From assembly GCA_031365435.1 (NCBI GenBank), contig JANLYC010000123.1:1-38997 (forward strand): a stretch of DNA of 38,997 bases. Reading direction: 5' to 3'. Shown one piece after another: positions 1 through 7,637 of this stretch. Origin of the DNA: Nocardioidaceae bacterium (GTDB lineage: Bacteria > Actinomycetota > Actinomycetes > Propionibacteriales > Nocardioidaceae). The stretch's first letter is position 1. Each line of letters begins with the position of its first letter. The translations under genes were made by a program, and so were the position numbers. Under the pieces are notes generated by a model, which was given only the letters and a program-made list of their open reading frames with translations, was not told the origin of the DNA and did not search any database.

Positions 1-1
1 G

Positions 2-130
2 GCCAGCCGGACCTTGCGTCATCTCGACTGGTTCGAGGTGACGCAGGTCCGCGGCCAGGTGATCGACGACCAGGTCGAGCACTTCCAGGTAGGCCTCAAG
101 CTCGGCTTCCGCCTGGAGGATGACGAGTAA
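2..130 (+). CDS. C-terminal fragment of an unidentified protein (gene starts upstream of the window)
   Basis: The frame is open from nt 2 to TAA at 128-130 (...HLDWFEVTQVRGQVIDDQVEHFQVGLKLGFRLEDDE*). About 39 of 42 codons end in G/C, matching the confident genes here. No family recognised. Confidence 0.4.
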   Translation, partial: ASRTLRHLDWFEVTQVRGQVIDDQVEHFQVGLKLGFRLEDDE

Positions 131-261
131 GCCACCTCAGGGGAGCACGCGGTGCGTCCGGGGTGGCGCAGCTCCCACCACCGGCGGCAGTCTGCGGTTT
201 CGTTGCGGCCCGTTGAACGCGATAGCGTCATGCCCCGACGCAGCCTCGAGAAGGGAGCACG

Positions 262-966
262 GTGAGCAGATCGGTACTCGTGACGGGAGGCAACCGTGGG
301 ATCGGACGGGCGATCGCCCAGGCGTTCGTCGACGCCGGCGACAAGGTCGCGGTCACTTACCGCTCCGGCGAACCTCCGGCGGGCTTTCTCGGCGTGCGCT
401 GCGACGTGACCGACTCCGATGACGTCGAGGCGGCCTTCGCGACGATCGAGGAGGAACACGGCCCGGTCGAGGTGCTGGTGGCCAACGCCGGCATAACCCG
501 TGACACCTTGCTCCTCCGGATGTCCGACGACGACTGGGATTCCGTCATCCAGACCAACCTCACTGGATCGTTCCGGGTGGTGAAACGGGCTGCGAAGGGC
601 ATGCTGAGGCTGCGTCGGGGCCGGATCGTGCTGATCTCGTCGGTGGTGGGTCTCTTGGGGTCGGCGGGACAGGTCAACTACGCGGCCAGCAAGGCCGGCC
701 TGGTGGGGATGGCGAGGTCCATCGCACGCGAGCTCGGCAGCCGGTCGATCACTGCCAACGTCGTCGCACCGGGCTTCGTCGACACCGACATGACGGCTGA
801 GCTTCCGCCGGACAAGAAGGCGCAGTACCAGGCGGCGATCCCGCTCGGCCGGTTCACCACGAGTGAAGAGATCGCCGGTGTGGTTCGGTGGATCGCGTCC
901 GACGAGGCGGCCTACATCACCGGAGCGGTGATCCCGGTCGACGGCGGCCTCGGAATGGGCCACTGA
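262..966 (+). CDS. fabG: 3-oxoacyl-[ACP] reductase, FabG1/MabA type (SDR family)
   Basis: 234-aa ORF with a GTG start 4 nt after AAGGGAG. SDR motifs are present: TGGNRGIG dinucleotide-binding loop, NAG, and catalytic YAASK. It is immediately followed by inhA, as in the actinobacterial FAS-II pair. Confidence 0.9.
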   Translation: MSRSVLVTGGNRGIGRAIAQAFVDAGDKVAVTYRSGEPPAGFLGVRCDVTDSDDVEAAFATIEEEHGPVEVLVANAGITRDTLLLRMSDDDWDSVIQTNLTGSFRVVKRAAKGMLRLRRGRIVLISSVVGLLGSAGQVNYAASKAGLVGMARSIARELGSRSITANVVAPGFVDTDMTAELPPDKKAQYQAAIPLGRFTTSEEIAGVVRWIASDEAAYITGAVIPVDGGLGMGH

Positions 967-1032
967 CAGCCGCCTTCCCGCTCACTCGTCGCCGACGACG
1001 CTCATACCCGCCCCACAGAAAGGCTGCATCGC

Positions 1033-1803
1033 ATGGGAATCCTGGACGGCAAGCGAATCCTGGTCGCCGGTGTCACGCTCGACTCATCGATCGGCTTCGC
1101 CACCGCGAAGGTCGCGCAGGAACAGGGCGCGACCGTGCTGATCTCCAACTTCGGCCGAGCCCTCTCGATCACCAAACGCATCGCCGGTCGGCTTCCGACG
1201 ACGCCGCCGGTGATCGAGCTCGACGTGAGCGATGACGAGCACCTCGCTCGGCTCGAGGGTGAGATCCGGCAGCACGTCGACGGTCTCGACGGTGTGGTGC
1301 ATGCGATTGCTTATGGCAACCCGCAGACGATCCTCGGCGGCAAGTTCCTGGAGGGTCCATGGGAAGACGTCGCGCAGGCGGTGCGCGTCTCGGCGTACTC
1401 GTACCAGTCGCTCGCGGTCGCGTGCCTCCCGTTGATGCAGCCCGGGGGCAGCATCGTCGGCTGCACGTTCGACGCGTCGGTGGCGTGGCCGGGCTATGAC
1501 TGGATGGGGTTCGCCAAGGGTGCGCTCGAGTCGTGCAACCGCTACCTGGCCCGGGATCTCGGCCCCAAGGGCATCCGGTCCAACCTGGTGTCGGCCGGGG
1601 CCCTGAAGACGTTGGCTGCCAAGGCGATCCCGGGCTTCGAGATGTTCGAGGAGGAGTGGGTCAAGCGGGCGCCGCTCGGCTGGGACCTGAACGACCTCGA
1701 GCCGACGGCGCGCACGATCGTGGCGTTGCTGAGCGACTTCATGCCGAAGACGACCGGTGAGATCGTGCACGTCGACGGCGGCTACCACGCGATGGGCGCC
1801 TGA
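1033..1803 (+). CDS. inhA: NADH-dependent enoyl-[ACP] reductase (InhA/FabI)
   Basis: 256 aa. Full-length resemblance to mycobacterial InhA as I remember it: GILDGKRILV, DSSIGF, AKVAQEQGA, SAYSYQS, GFAKGALES, IRSNLVSAG, VHVDGG. Confidence 0.9.
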   Translation: MGILDGKRILVAGVTLDSSIGFATAKVAQEQGATVLISNFGRALSITKRIAGRLPTTPPVIELDVSDDEHLARLEGEIRQHVDGLDGVVHAIAYGNPQTILGGKFLEGPWEDVAQAVRVSAYSYQSLAVACLPLMQPGGSIVGCTFDASVAWPGYDWMGFAKGALESCNRYLARDLGPKGIRSNLVSAGALKTLAAKAIPGFEMFEEEWVKRAPLGWDLNDLEPTARTIVALLSDFMPKTTGEIVHVDGGYHAMGA

Positions 1804-1828
1804 CCGGTCCGGCGACCCGGATAGCGGT

Positions 1829-3604
1829 GTGCGCGTGACCAGCCCTCTCGACGACGGACGTCCCGAGTCCGCTGACGCCGTGCCGTCCCTGGTCGAGCTG
1901 CGGATGCTCGAGGGGCCCAACCTGTATTTTCCGCGGGCGGCCGTGAAGCTGACGCTCGACCTCACGTCGTTGGTGGAGGCACCGGACGAGACGGTCCTGC
2001 GCTTTGCCCGCCGCATCGGCCTCGTGAGCGTGCGCCCGGGCGCGCCCGGGTCCGGCTTCCGGCAGCGTTTCGCCGCTCGGGCGGTGGCTCGGCTCGTACG
2101 TCAGGTCGCGGCCGAGGTGGGGACACATCGGCTCGCTGTGCGGGTGCGCCCGACCAGTGACGTGCACCGCCTTGTGGTCGCCTACCCCTGGCGCCACCGC
2201 GGTCACGCCGAGGCGCTCGGCAGGGCCGTCGCCGCCGTGTTGGACGGCTTGCCCTCGGCCGATATCGACCGGCTCGTCAGTGAGGTGGCGGACGGCATAC
2301 GTCGGACCGAACAAGGCCCCGGTCCGACCACCATCAAGCCGGCGATCCCGGTGATTGCGGTGACGGGGACCAACGGCAAGACGACCACGGCCCGGATGAT
2401 CGGTCACATCGGGCGGCTGGCGGGGCTGCACGTGGGGTGGTCGTCGACGGACGGCATCTACGCGGACGGCGAGCTGGTCGAGGCGGGTGACTACTCAGGG
2501 CCGAGCGGGGCCGGGCGGGTGCTCAGTCAACCCGGCGTGCAGCTGGCGGTGACCGAGACGGCTCGGGGCGGCATCTTGCTGCGCGGGATCGGGGTCCGCC
2601 ACAACGACGTGTCGGTCGTGACCAACGTCAGCGCCGACCACCTGGGCCTGCACGGGATCGACACGGTCGACCAGCTGGCCGAGGTCAAGGCAGTGGTGCC
2701 GCACATCACCAAGCCGACCGGCTGGGCGGTCCTGAACGGGGACGATCCGCGGGTGCTCGCGATGCGTGCGACCATCACCGCACGACCCTGGGTGTTCAGC
2801 CGGGATCCGGACTCGCCGAGTGTGCGGGAGGTGCTGAGCTCCGGCGGCCGCGCCACGACCGTGATCGACGGCTGGATCTGTGTGTTGGTGCCCGACGGCG
2901 ACCCGGACCCGCTCGCGCTGGTGGTGGACGTGCCCGTGACCTTGGCCGGCCTCAGCCACTTCAACCTCGAGAACGCACTCGCAGCGGCGTCGGCGGCTCT
3001 CGGTGCGGGACTGCCGCGGGAGGCGGTCGTGTCTGGCCTCACGACGTTCGCACCCGGGCCGGACCTGAATCCCGGCCGGATGAACATCTACACGCTCGAG
3101 GGGTTCACCGTCATCGTCGACCTGGCGCACAACGAGGCCGGGCTCGCGGCCCTGATCGAGGTGATGAAGGGCTTGCGTCGTCCCGGTGGTCGCACCCTGT
3201 TGGGACTGGGGACGGCCGGTGACCGCACCGATGACCTGGTCCGCAGCCTGGCTGAGATCGGTGCCAGGGACGCGGACGTCGTGGTGATCGTGCACAAGTC
3301 GGACTATCTCCGGGGCCGTGACATGGAAGAGATGACCTCGATCTACCGGGCCGGTGCCGCCGTGGTCGGCGTCGAGGACGTACCGGCATACGACTCAGAG
3401 CTCGCCGGGCTGGAAGCGCTGGTGTCGCGGGCCGAACCGGGGGACGTGGTCGCTGTGATGTGCCACCAGGACCGGGCCGAGCTCGCTGACTGGCTGGCGG
3501 AACGGGGAGCCACCGTGGACACGCCATCCGCCATCCGCGACAAGGTCCTCCTCGCGACCGCCGACCCGGGGCCTGCCGCTTCGGGGCCCGCCGCTCCCCG
3601 CTGA
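1829..3604 (+). CDS. Cyanophycin-synthetase-like protein: CphA-type N-domain fused directly to a Mur-ligase (M) domain, with no ATP-grasp domain
   Basis: The ORF runs 1757-3604. I prefer GTG 1829 (or 1835) because ATG 1757 overlaps inhA by 47 nt. The N-terminal block resembles the CphA N-domain (LVELRMLEGPNLYFPRAAVKLTLDL). It is followed directly by Mur-ligase motifs IAVTGTNGKTTTARMI, ETARGGILLRGIG, NVSADHLGLHGIDTVDQLAEVKA, LNGDDPRV, AHNEAG and GTAGDRTDD. All of these are close to the M-domain of the CphA encoded at 3793-6645. Confidence 0.75.
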   Translation: MRVTSPLDDGRPESADAVPSLVELRMLEGPNLYFPRAAVKLTLDLTSLVEAPDETVLRFARRIGLVSVRPGAPGSGFRQRFAARAVARLVRQVAAEVGTHRLAVRVRPTSDVHRLVVAYPWRHRGHAEALGRAVAAVLDGLPSADIDRLVSEVADGIRRTEQGPGPTTIKPAIPVIAVTGTNGKTTTARMIGHIGRLAGLHVGWSSTDGIYADGELVEAGDYSGPSGAGRVLSQPGVQLAVTETARGGILLRGIGVRHNDVSVVTNVSADHLGLHGIDTVDQLAEVKAVVPHITKPTGWAVLNGDDPRVLAMRATITARPWVFSRDPDSPSVREVLSSGGRATTVIDGWICVLVPDGDPDPLALVVDVPVTLAGLSHFNLENALAAASAALGAGLPREAVVSGLTTFAPGPDLNPGRMNIYTLEGFTVIVDLAHNEAGLAALIEVMKGLRRPGGRTLLGLGTAGDRTDDLVRSLAEIGARDADVVVIVHKSDYLRGRDMEEMTSIYRAGAAVVGVEDVPAYDSELAGLEALVSRAEPGDVVAVMCHQDRAELADWLAERGATVDTPSAIRDKVLLATADPGPAASGPAAPR

Positions 3605-3646
3605 CGCTCCCGACATACTCCCCAAGGCAAGCTGCCAGTCCGAGCG

Positions 3647-3698
3647 GCACGTTTGCCTAGTTCACAAGCCACCTGGCTTCTGAACTAGGCAAACGTGC
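3647..3698. terminator. Long inverted repeat between convergent genes; candidate bidirectional terminator or protein-binding palindrome
   Basis: GCACGTTTGCCTAGTTCAcAAGCCA-cc-TGGCTTcTGAACTAGGCAAACGTGC forms a 25-bp stem with one C/C mismatch. It is visibly AT-richer than its flanks and has no U-tract. It lies 42 nt after the stop of the N+M paralog and 94 nt after the cphA stop. Confidence 0.55.
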
Positions 3699-3703
3699 TA
3701 CGG

Positions 3704-3781
3704 CCACTGGGTAACTGGCTGGGGCAGTGGCTGGGTAACTGGCTGGGGCAGTGGCTGGGGCAGTGGCTGGGGCAGTGGCTG
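3704..3781. repeat. 12-bp tandem repeat, about 6.5 copies (TGGCTGGGGCAG / TGGCTGGGTAAC), with G-tracts at an exact 12-nt period
   Basis: Read directly. Units start at 3704 (degenerate), 3716, 3728, 3740, 3752, 3764 and 3776 (partial). Units 0+1 and 2+3 form a 24-bp higher-order repeat. The array lies just downstream of the cphA stop codon (3793-3795, minus strand). Confidence 0.9.
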
Positions 3782-3792
3782 CGCGGGAGTGG

Positions 3793-6645
3793 TCAGGGGA
3801 GTGGGGGATTCGGGGTGGGCGATGCGGGTGCTGCGGAGGGGTTGACGAGGTCGGGGTCGCCGATCAGCTCGTCATCGGTCGACCGCGCGCCCGCATGAGC
3901 ACGTGATGACCACGACTCCAGCTCGGCCAGCACGGTCGAGTGCTTGTCGACGCACAGCACGACCAGGTCGCCCTTGTTGGCACGGGCCATGGCGTGGCGG
4001 GTGGCGTCGATCTCGTCCAGCACGACCTCGACCTGCTTGCAGCGCGCCCCAGCCGCCATCCGCTCGCGCACTCCCTCTGCTACCAGCTCCGAGGTCTCAC
4101 CGCGCTTGCGTCCGCGCAGTGCGACATCCTCGCGTATGACGATGACGTCGAAGTGGTCGGCTGCCACCAGGCCGAGCTCCCGGATGTCCTCGTCCCGACG
4201 GTCGCCCGCGGTGGCGATCACACCGATGCGCGAGGGCTTGGCCAGGTCGCTGACCTGCATGAGTCCGTCGCCCACCTTGTCGACGAAGTCCCCGAGCATG
4301 CGCATGCCCGGCGCGTTGTGGCAGTAGTCGATGACGACATTCACGCCGTCGACCTCGATCTCGTTGAGACGTCCCGGCGACAGGTAGTAGCTCGTGGAGA
4401 ACGTTCGCAGGCCCTGCCGGATGTCGTGCAGGGGTGCCCCCGCCGCGAAGGCTGCAGCCGCGGCCGCCAGCGAGTTCTGCACGTTCATCACCGCGCGGCC
4501 CGCGAACGTCGCCGGCAGCAGATGCGTCCAGGCCAGCTGCATCTCGCGCGACCCGTGCCTGACCACGATCATGTCGCCCTTGTCGCTCTGTTCGAGTACG
4601 ACGGCCTTGCCGCCACGGCGACAGTGCGTATCTATGAACTCCCGGACCTCGCTGCCCCGCGGCTGCATGCTGAACCAGACGATCTCACCCGAGCAGCGGC
4701 GGCGCATCGCCCGCACCAACGGGTCATCTGCGTTGAGTACCCCGTGGCCGCTGCGCGGAACCGCCTCGACCGGCACAGCCTTGACGTCGGCGAGCTGCTC
4801 GACCGTGTTGATGCCGCGCAGCCCGAGGTGGTCGGGCTGCACGTTGAGGACCACCGCGACGTCGTTGCGCTCGTAGCCGAGGCCCTCACGCAGGATGCCG
4901 CCACGAGCGACCTCGAACACCGCGAAGTCGACCCGCGGGTTCTGAAGGACCATCCGGGCCGACTTCGGGCCCGATGCGTCGGCCCGGATGACCAACCGCT
5001 CATCGATCACGACGCCGTCGGTCGACGTCATACCGACCTTGCGGCCCATGCCCTTGAAGATGTGCGCGATCATCCGTGCCGTCGTCGTCTTGCCGTTCGT
5101 CCCGGTGACGGCGACGATCGGGATCCGGCTGGGCGCCCCCGGCGGGAACAACATGTCGACCACGGACTTCGAGATGAACTGCGGGTCTCCGATCGTGGGG
5201 TGGGTGTGCATCCGGAAGCCCGGCGCGGCGTTCACCTCACAGATCGCACCCCCGGTCTCGCGCACGGGCTCGGTGATGTCGGGGCAGATGAAGTCGATGC
5301 CGGCGATGTCCAGCCCGATCACCCGGGCCGCCTCCTCGGCGATCTCGACGTTCTCAGGGTGTGCCTCGAAGGTCCGGTCGATCGAGATACCCCCCGTCGA
5401 CATGTTCCCGGTGAGCGTCAGCTTGACGACTTCACCGGCGGGCGGCACGTCCTTCAGCGCATAGCCCTGCTCCTTGACGAGCGCGATCGCCGCGTCGTCC
5501 ATCTTGATCCGCGTCAGCACCTTCTCGTGGCCCACGCCGCGACGGGGGTCGGCGTTCGTCTGCTCTACCAGCTCGGCCACCGTCTGCAGGCCGTCGCCGA
5601 TGACGTGAGCCGGTACCCGTTCGGCGATGGCGGCGATACGGCCGTCGATGACCAGGCAGCGGTAGTCCTTGCCGGTCACGAACGTCTCGACGATCACCCA
5701 GCCCCGCCGGGACTGCTCCTCAGCGATCGGGAAGGCCGCCCGGATCGCGTCCTCGTCCCGCAGGTCGAGGCACACCCCCCGGCCATGGTTGCCGTCCAGC
5801 GGCTTGCACACGACCGGATAGCCGATGCGGTTGGCGACGACGACGGCCTGATCGGCCGTCCGGACCGACTCCGCCCGCGGGACCGGCAAGCCGGCGGCAC
5901 TGAGCAGGCGACCGGTGAGATCCTTGTCGCTGGCCACGTCGACAGCGATCGCCGACGTGTTCGACGTCATGGTGGCGCGGATGCGCTTTTGATGAACGCC
6001 CTGGCCGAGCTGGACGAGCGAATGCTGGTTGAGCCGGATCCACGGGATGTCACGGGACACCGCTTCGTCGATGATCGCCTGCGTGGACGGCCCGAACGCG
6101 GTGCGCTCGGCGCTCACGATGAAGCTCTCGAGCTCGGTCTCGAAGTCGAACCCCGGCTCGGTCTCGACGAGATGGTTGATCAGTCGTACGGCGAGCCGCC
6201 CGGCCGAGATGCCGACGTTCTCGTCGACGTACCCGTAGATCACGTTGTAGCGGCCCGGCTCTCCCGGCACCTGGCGGGTCTTGCCGCGGCGCAGGTCGTG
6301 TCCGACCTCCTGCTGGAGCTGGAGCGCGACATGCTCGGCCACATGTCCCAACCAGGTGCCCTCGGTCAGACGTTCGACGAAACCACCCTTGCGACCCCGG
6401 GAGCACGAGTGGCGGTGCAGCCCGGGCAACAGGTTGAGCAGCCGCTCGGTGAACGCCGGGACCCGGTCGGTCGGCCAGTCCTCGAGGACGCCGAGGTCCA
6501 CGACGAGGTGGATCGCCTTCTCGTACGACCAGATGTTCGCGCCGCGGTAGACCCGGGTCTCGAGGATGGCGAGCTCCGGCCTGGGACCCTCAGGAAGGGC
6601 CGCGTCGATGGGCGTACCCGTGGCCTCCATCTCGGTGTCGCTCAT
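3793..6645 (-). CDS. cphA: Cyanophycin synthetase CphA1 (N-domain + ATP-grasp G-domain + Mur-ligase M-domain)
   Basis: 950 aa. N-domain: ILETRVYRGANIWSYEKAIHLVVDLG. ATP-grasp: YPVVCKPLDGNHGRGV, GNMSTGG, CEVNAAPGFRMH. Mur ligase: VAVTGTNGKTTTARMI, VARGGILREG, NVQPDHLG, CHNAPG, TAGDRRDE. The C-terminus has a Pro/Ala-rich tail. ATG 6645 overlaps the cphB stop (ATGA). Confidence 0.95.
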   Translation of the reverse strand: MSDTEMEATGTPIDAALPEGPRPELAILETRVYRGANIWSYEKAIHLVVDLGVLEDWPTDRVPAFTERLLNLLPGLHRHSCSRGRKGGFVERLTEGTWLGHVAEHVALQLQQEVGHDLRRGKTRQVPGEPGRYNVIYGYVDENVGISAGRLAVRLINHLVETEPGFDFETELESFIVSAERTAFGPSTQAIIDEAVSRDIPWIRLNQHSLVQLGQGVHQKRIRATMTSNTSAIAVDVASDKDLTGRLLSAAGLPVPRAESVRTADQAVVVANRIGYPVVCKPLDGNHGRGVCLDLRDEDAIRAAFPIAEEQSRRGWVIVETFVTGKDYRCLVIDGRIAAIAERVPAHVIGDGLQTVAELVEQTNADPRRGVGHEKVLTRIKMDDAAIALVKEQGYALKDVPPAGEVVKLTLTGNMSTGGISIDRTFEAHPENVEIAEEAARVIGLDIAGIDFICPDITEPVRETGGAICEVNAAPGFRMHTHPTIGDPQFISKSVVDMLFPPGAPSRIPIVAVTGTNGKTTTARMIAHIFKGMGRKVGMTSTDGVVIDERLVIRADASGPKSARMVLQNPRVDFAVFEVARGGILREGLGYERNDVAVVLNVQPDHLGLRGINTVEQLADVKAVPVEAVPRSGHGVLNADDPLVRAMRRRCSGEIVWFSMQPRGSEVREFIDTHCRRGGKAVVLEQSDKGDMIVVRHGSREMQLAWTHLLPATFAGRAVMNVQNSLAAAAAAFAAGAPLHDIRQGLRTFSTSYYLSPGRLNEIEVDGVNVVIDYCHNAPGMRMLGDFVDKVGDGLMQVSDLAKPSRIGVIATAGDRRDEDIRELGLVAADHFDVIVIREDVALRGRKRGETSELVAEGVRERMAAGARCKQVEVVLDEIDATRHAMARANKGDLVVLCVDKHSTVLAELESWSSRAHAGARSTDDELIGDPDLVNPSAAPASPTPNPPLP

Positions 6646-7607
6646 GGGGAGCCGTCCTCTCGGTCAGCAGACGTCGAACGTGCACGACGACGTCGGAAGT
6701 TCGTGGGCGAGACGCCTTCGGCAGCGATGTCGCGGGCGAGTCGGCGCAGGCCGTCGGCGGCCACTTCGAGCTCCTCGACCTCGGCGGGATCGGGTTTCCA
6801 TGGTGTCGGGATCAGTGCACGGCTCTTCAGGTCGAACTTCGAGCCGGCCGGCAAGACGTGCAGCTGCGCTCCGGACACGAGCAATGGTCGCGTGCGGGTG
6901 GCCGCATGCGCGTTCGAGATGACCTCGCGGCCGTCGATGATCGTCACCGCGCCGCGGCCGATGACCTCGACCTCGTGATCGGTGATGATGGCTGCGGTGT
7001 CCTCGTCGACGCCGATGCCCAGCAGATCGGGGGACTGCGCGATCAGCATCAGCAGGCGCCCGTACCGGTTCCGCTGCGCGAAGTGCTGGTCGATGACGCA
7101 GTCGCGCACCAGGCCGAGTCCGGAGGCGAGCTGGGTCATCCGCTGCTTCGGAGTTGCCCCACCCGCCCCGAACGCCACCATGTGCGACGACTGCACGCTG
7201 GCCCCCGCGGACGTACCACCGATCGTCACCCCGCGACGATGCGCCTCGCGGATCGCGTCGCCGAAGGCGGTGCCGTTGATGACAGCGGAGAGCTTGAGCT
7301 GGTTGCCACCGGTCATGAAGATGCCTGTCACATCATCGAGCCTGCTGACGAAGCGCTCATCGTTGGCGTCCTCCCGCGACTCGGGCCTGACCCCCGTCGT
7401 CGACGCTGCACCGAGCCGCTCGAAGAGCGCGGTGTAGACCTCGATGATCTCCGGACCCAGTGAAGAGGCGGTCGGGATCACGGCGATCCGGGCCTGCTTG
7501 CCACCGCAGGCCGCCACGAAATGACGAAGCACGGTACGCCGCTTGAGCTTGTCCTCGGCGCCACCGATCACGTAGAGAGCTCCGGAAGCTCCGGGCGTGT
7601 CAGTCAT
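6642..7607 (-). CDS. cphB: Cyanophycinase CphB (peptidase S51)
   Basis: S51 signature is present: LYVIGGAEDK, IAVIPTAS, IFMTGGNQ, nucleophile motif GGTSAGAS, and IDQHF..RNR.GRL. The ORF-track start 7886 is an over-extension. ATG 7607 (MTDTPGASGALYVIGG) gives 321 aa and is preceded by TAGGGT-N7. Confidence 0.9.
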   Translation of the reverse strand: MTDTPGASGALYVIGGAEDKLKRRTVLRHFVAACGGKQARIAVIPTASSLGPEIIEVYTALFERLGAASTTGVRPESREDANDERFVSRLDDVTGIFMTGGNQLKLSAVINGTAFGDAIREAHRRGVTIGGTSAGASVQSSHMVAFGAGGATPKQRMTQLASGLGLVRDCVIDQHFAQRNRYGRLLMLIAQSPDLLGIGVDEDTAAIITDHEVEVIGRGAVTIIDGREVISNAHAATRTRPLLVSGAQLHVLPAGSKFDLKSRALIPTPWKPDPAEVEELEVAADGLRRLARDIAAEGVSPTNFRRRRARSTSADREDGSP

Positions 7608-7614
7608 GCGCAGC

Positions 7615-7620
7615 ACCCTA
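7615..7620 (-). promoter_or_regulatory. Putative -10 hexamer TAGGGT, 7 nt upstream of the cphB ATG (leaderless-type promoter)
   Basis: The minus strand reads TAGGGT-GCTGCGC-ATG. It fits the actinobacterial -10 consensus TANNNT at leaderless spacing. Confidence 0.4.
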
Positions 7621-7637
7621 CGGCTTCGTGACCGCGC

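Noticed and set aside
3704-3781. Possible CRISPR array
   Set aside because: The units are 12 bp and directly abutting, with no spacers, and there are no cas genes in the window. It is a microsatellite-type tandem repeat.
3695-3898. 67-aa ORF encoding a striking LG(N/Q)W tetrapeptide repeat (LGNWLGQWLGNWLGQWLGQWLGQWL)
   Set aside because: The repeat is simply the translation of the 12-bp tandem DNA repeat. The GTG start lies inside the right arm of the long hairpin and has no SD. The 3' half is antisense to the cphA tail. I kept it only as a DNA repeat; ribosome profiling could revive it.
3940-6978. 1012-aa ORF on the plus strand, the longest in the track
   Set aside because: It lies entirely antisense to cphA and cphB. 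The translation is Arg/Asp/His/Val-rich low complexity with no recognisable motif, while the opposite strand carries unmistakable CphA/CphB motifs. This is a typical shadow ORF of GC-rich DNA.
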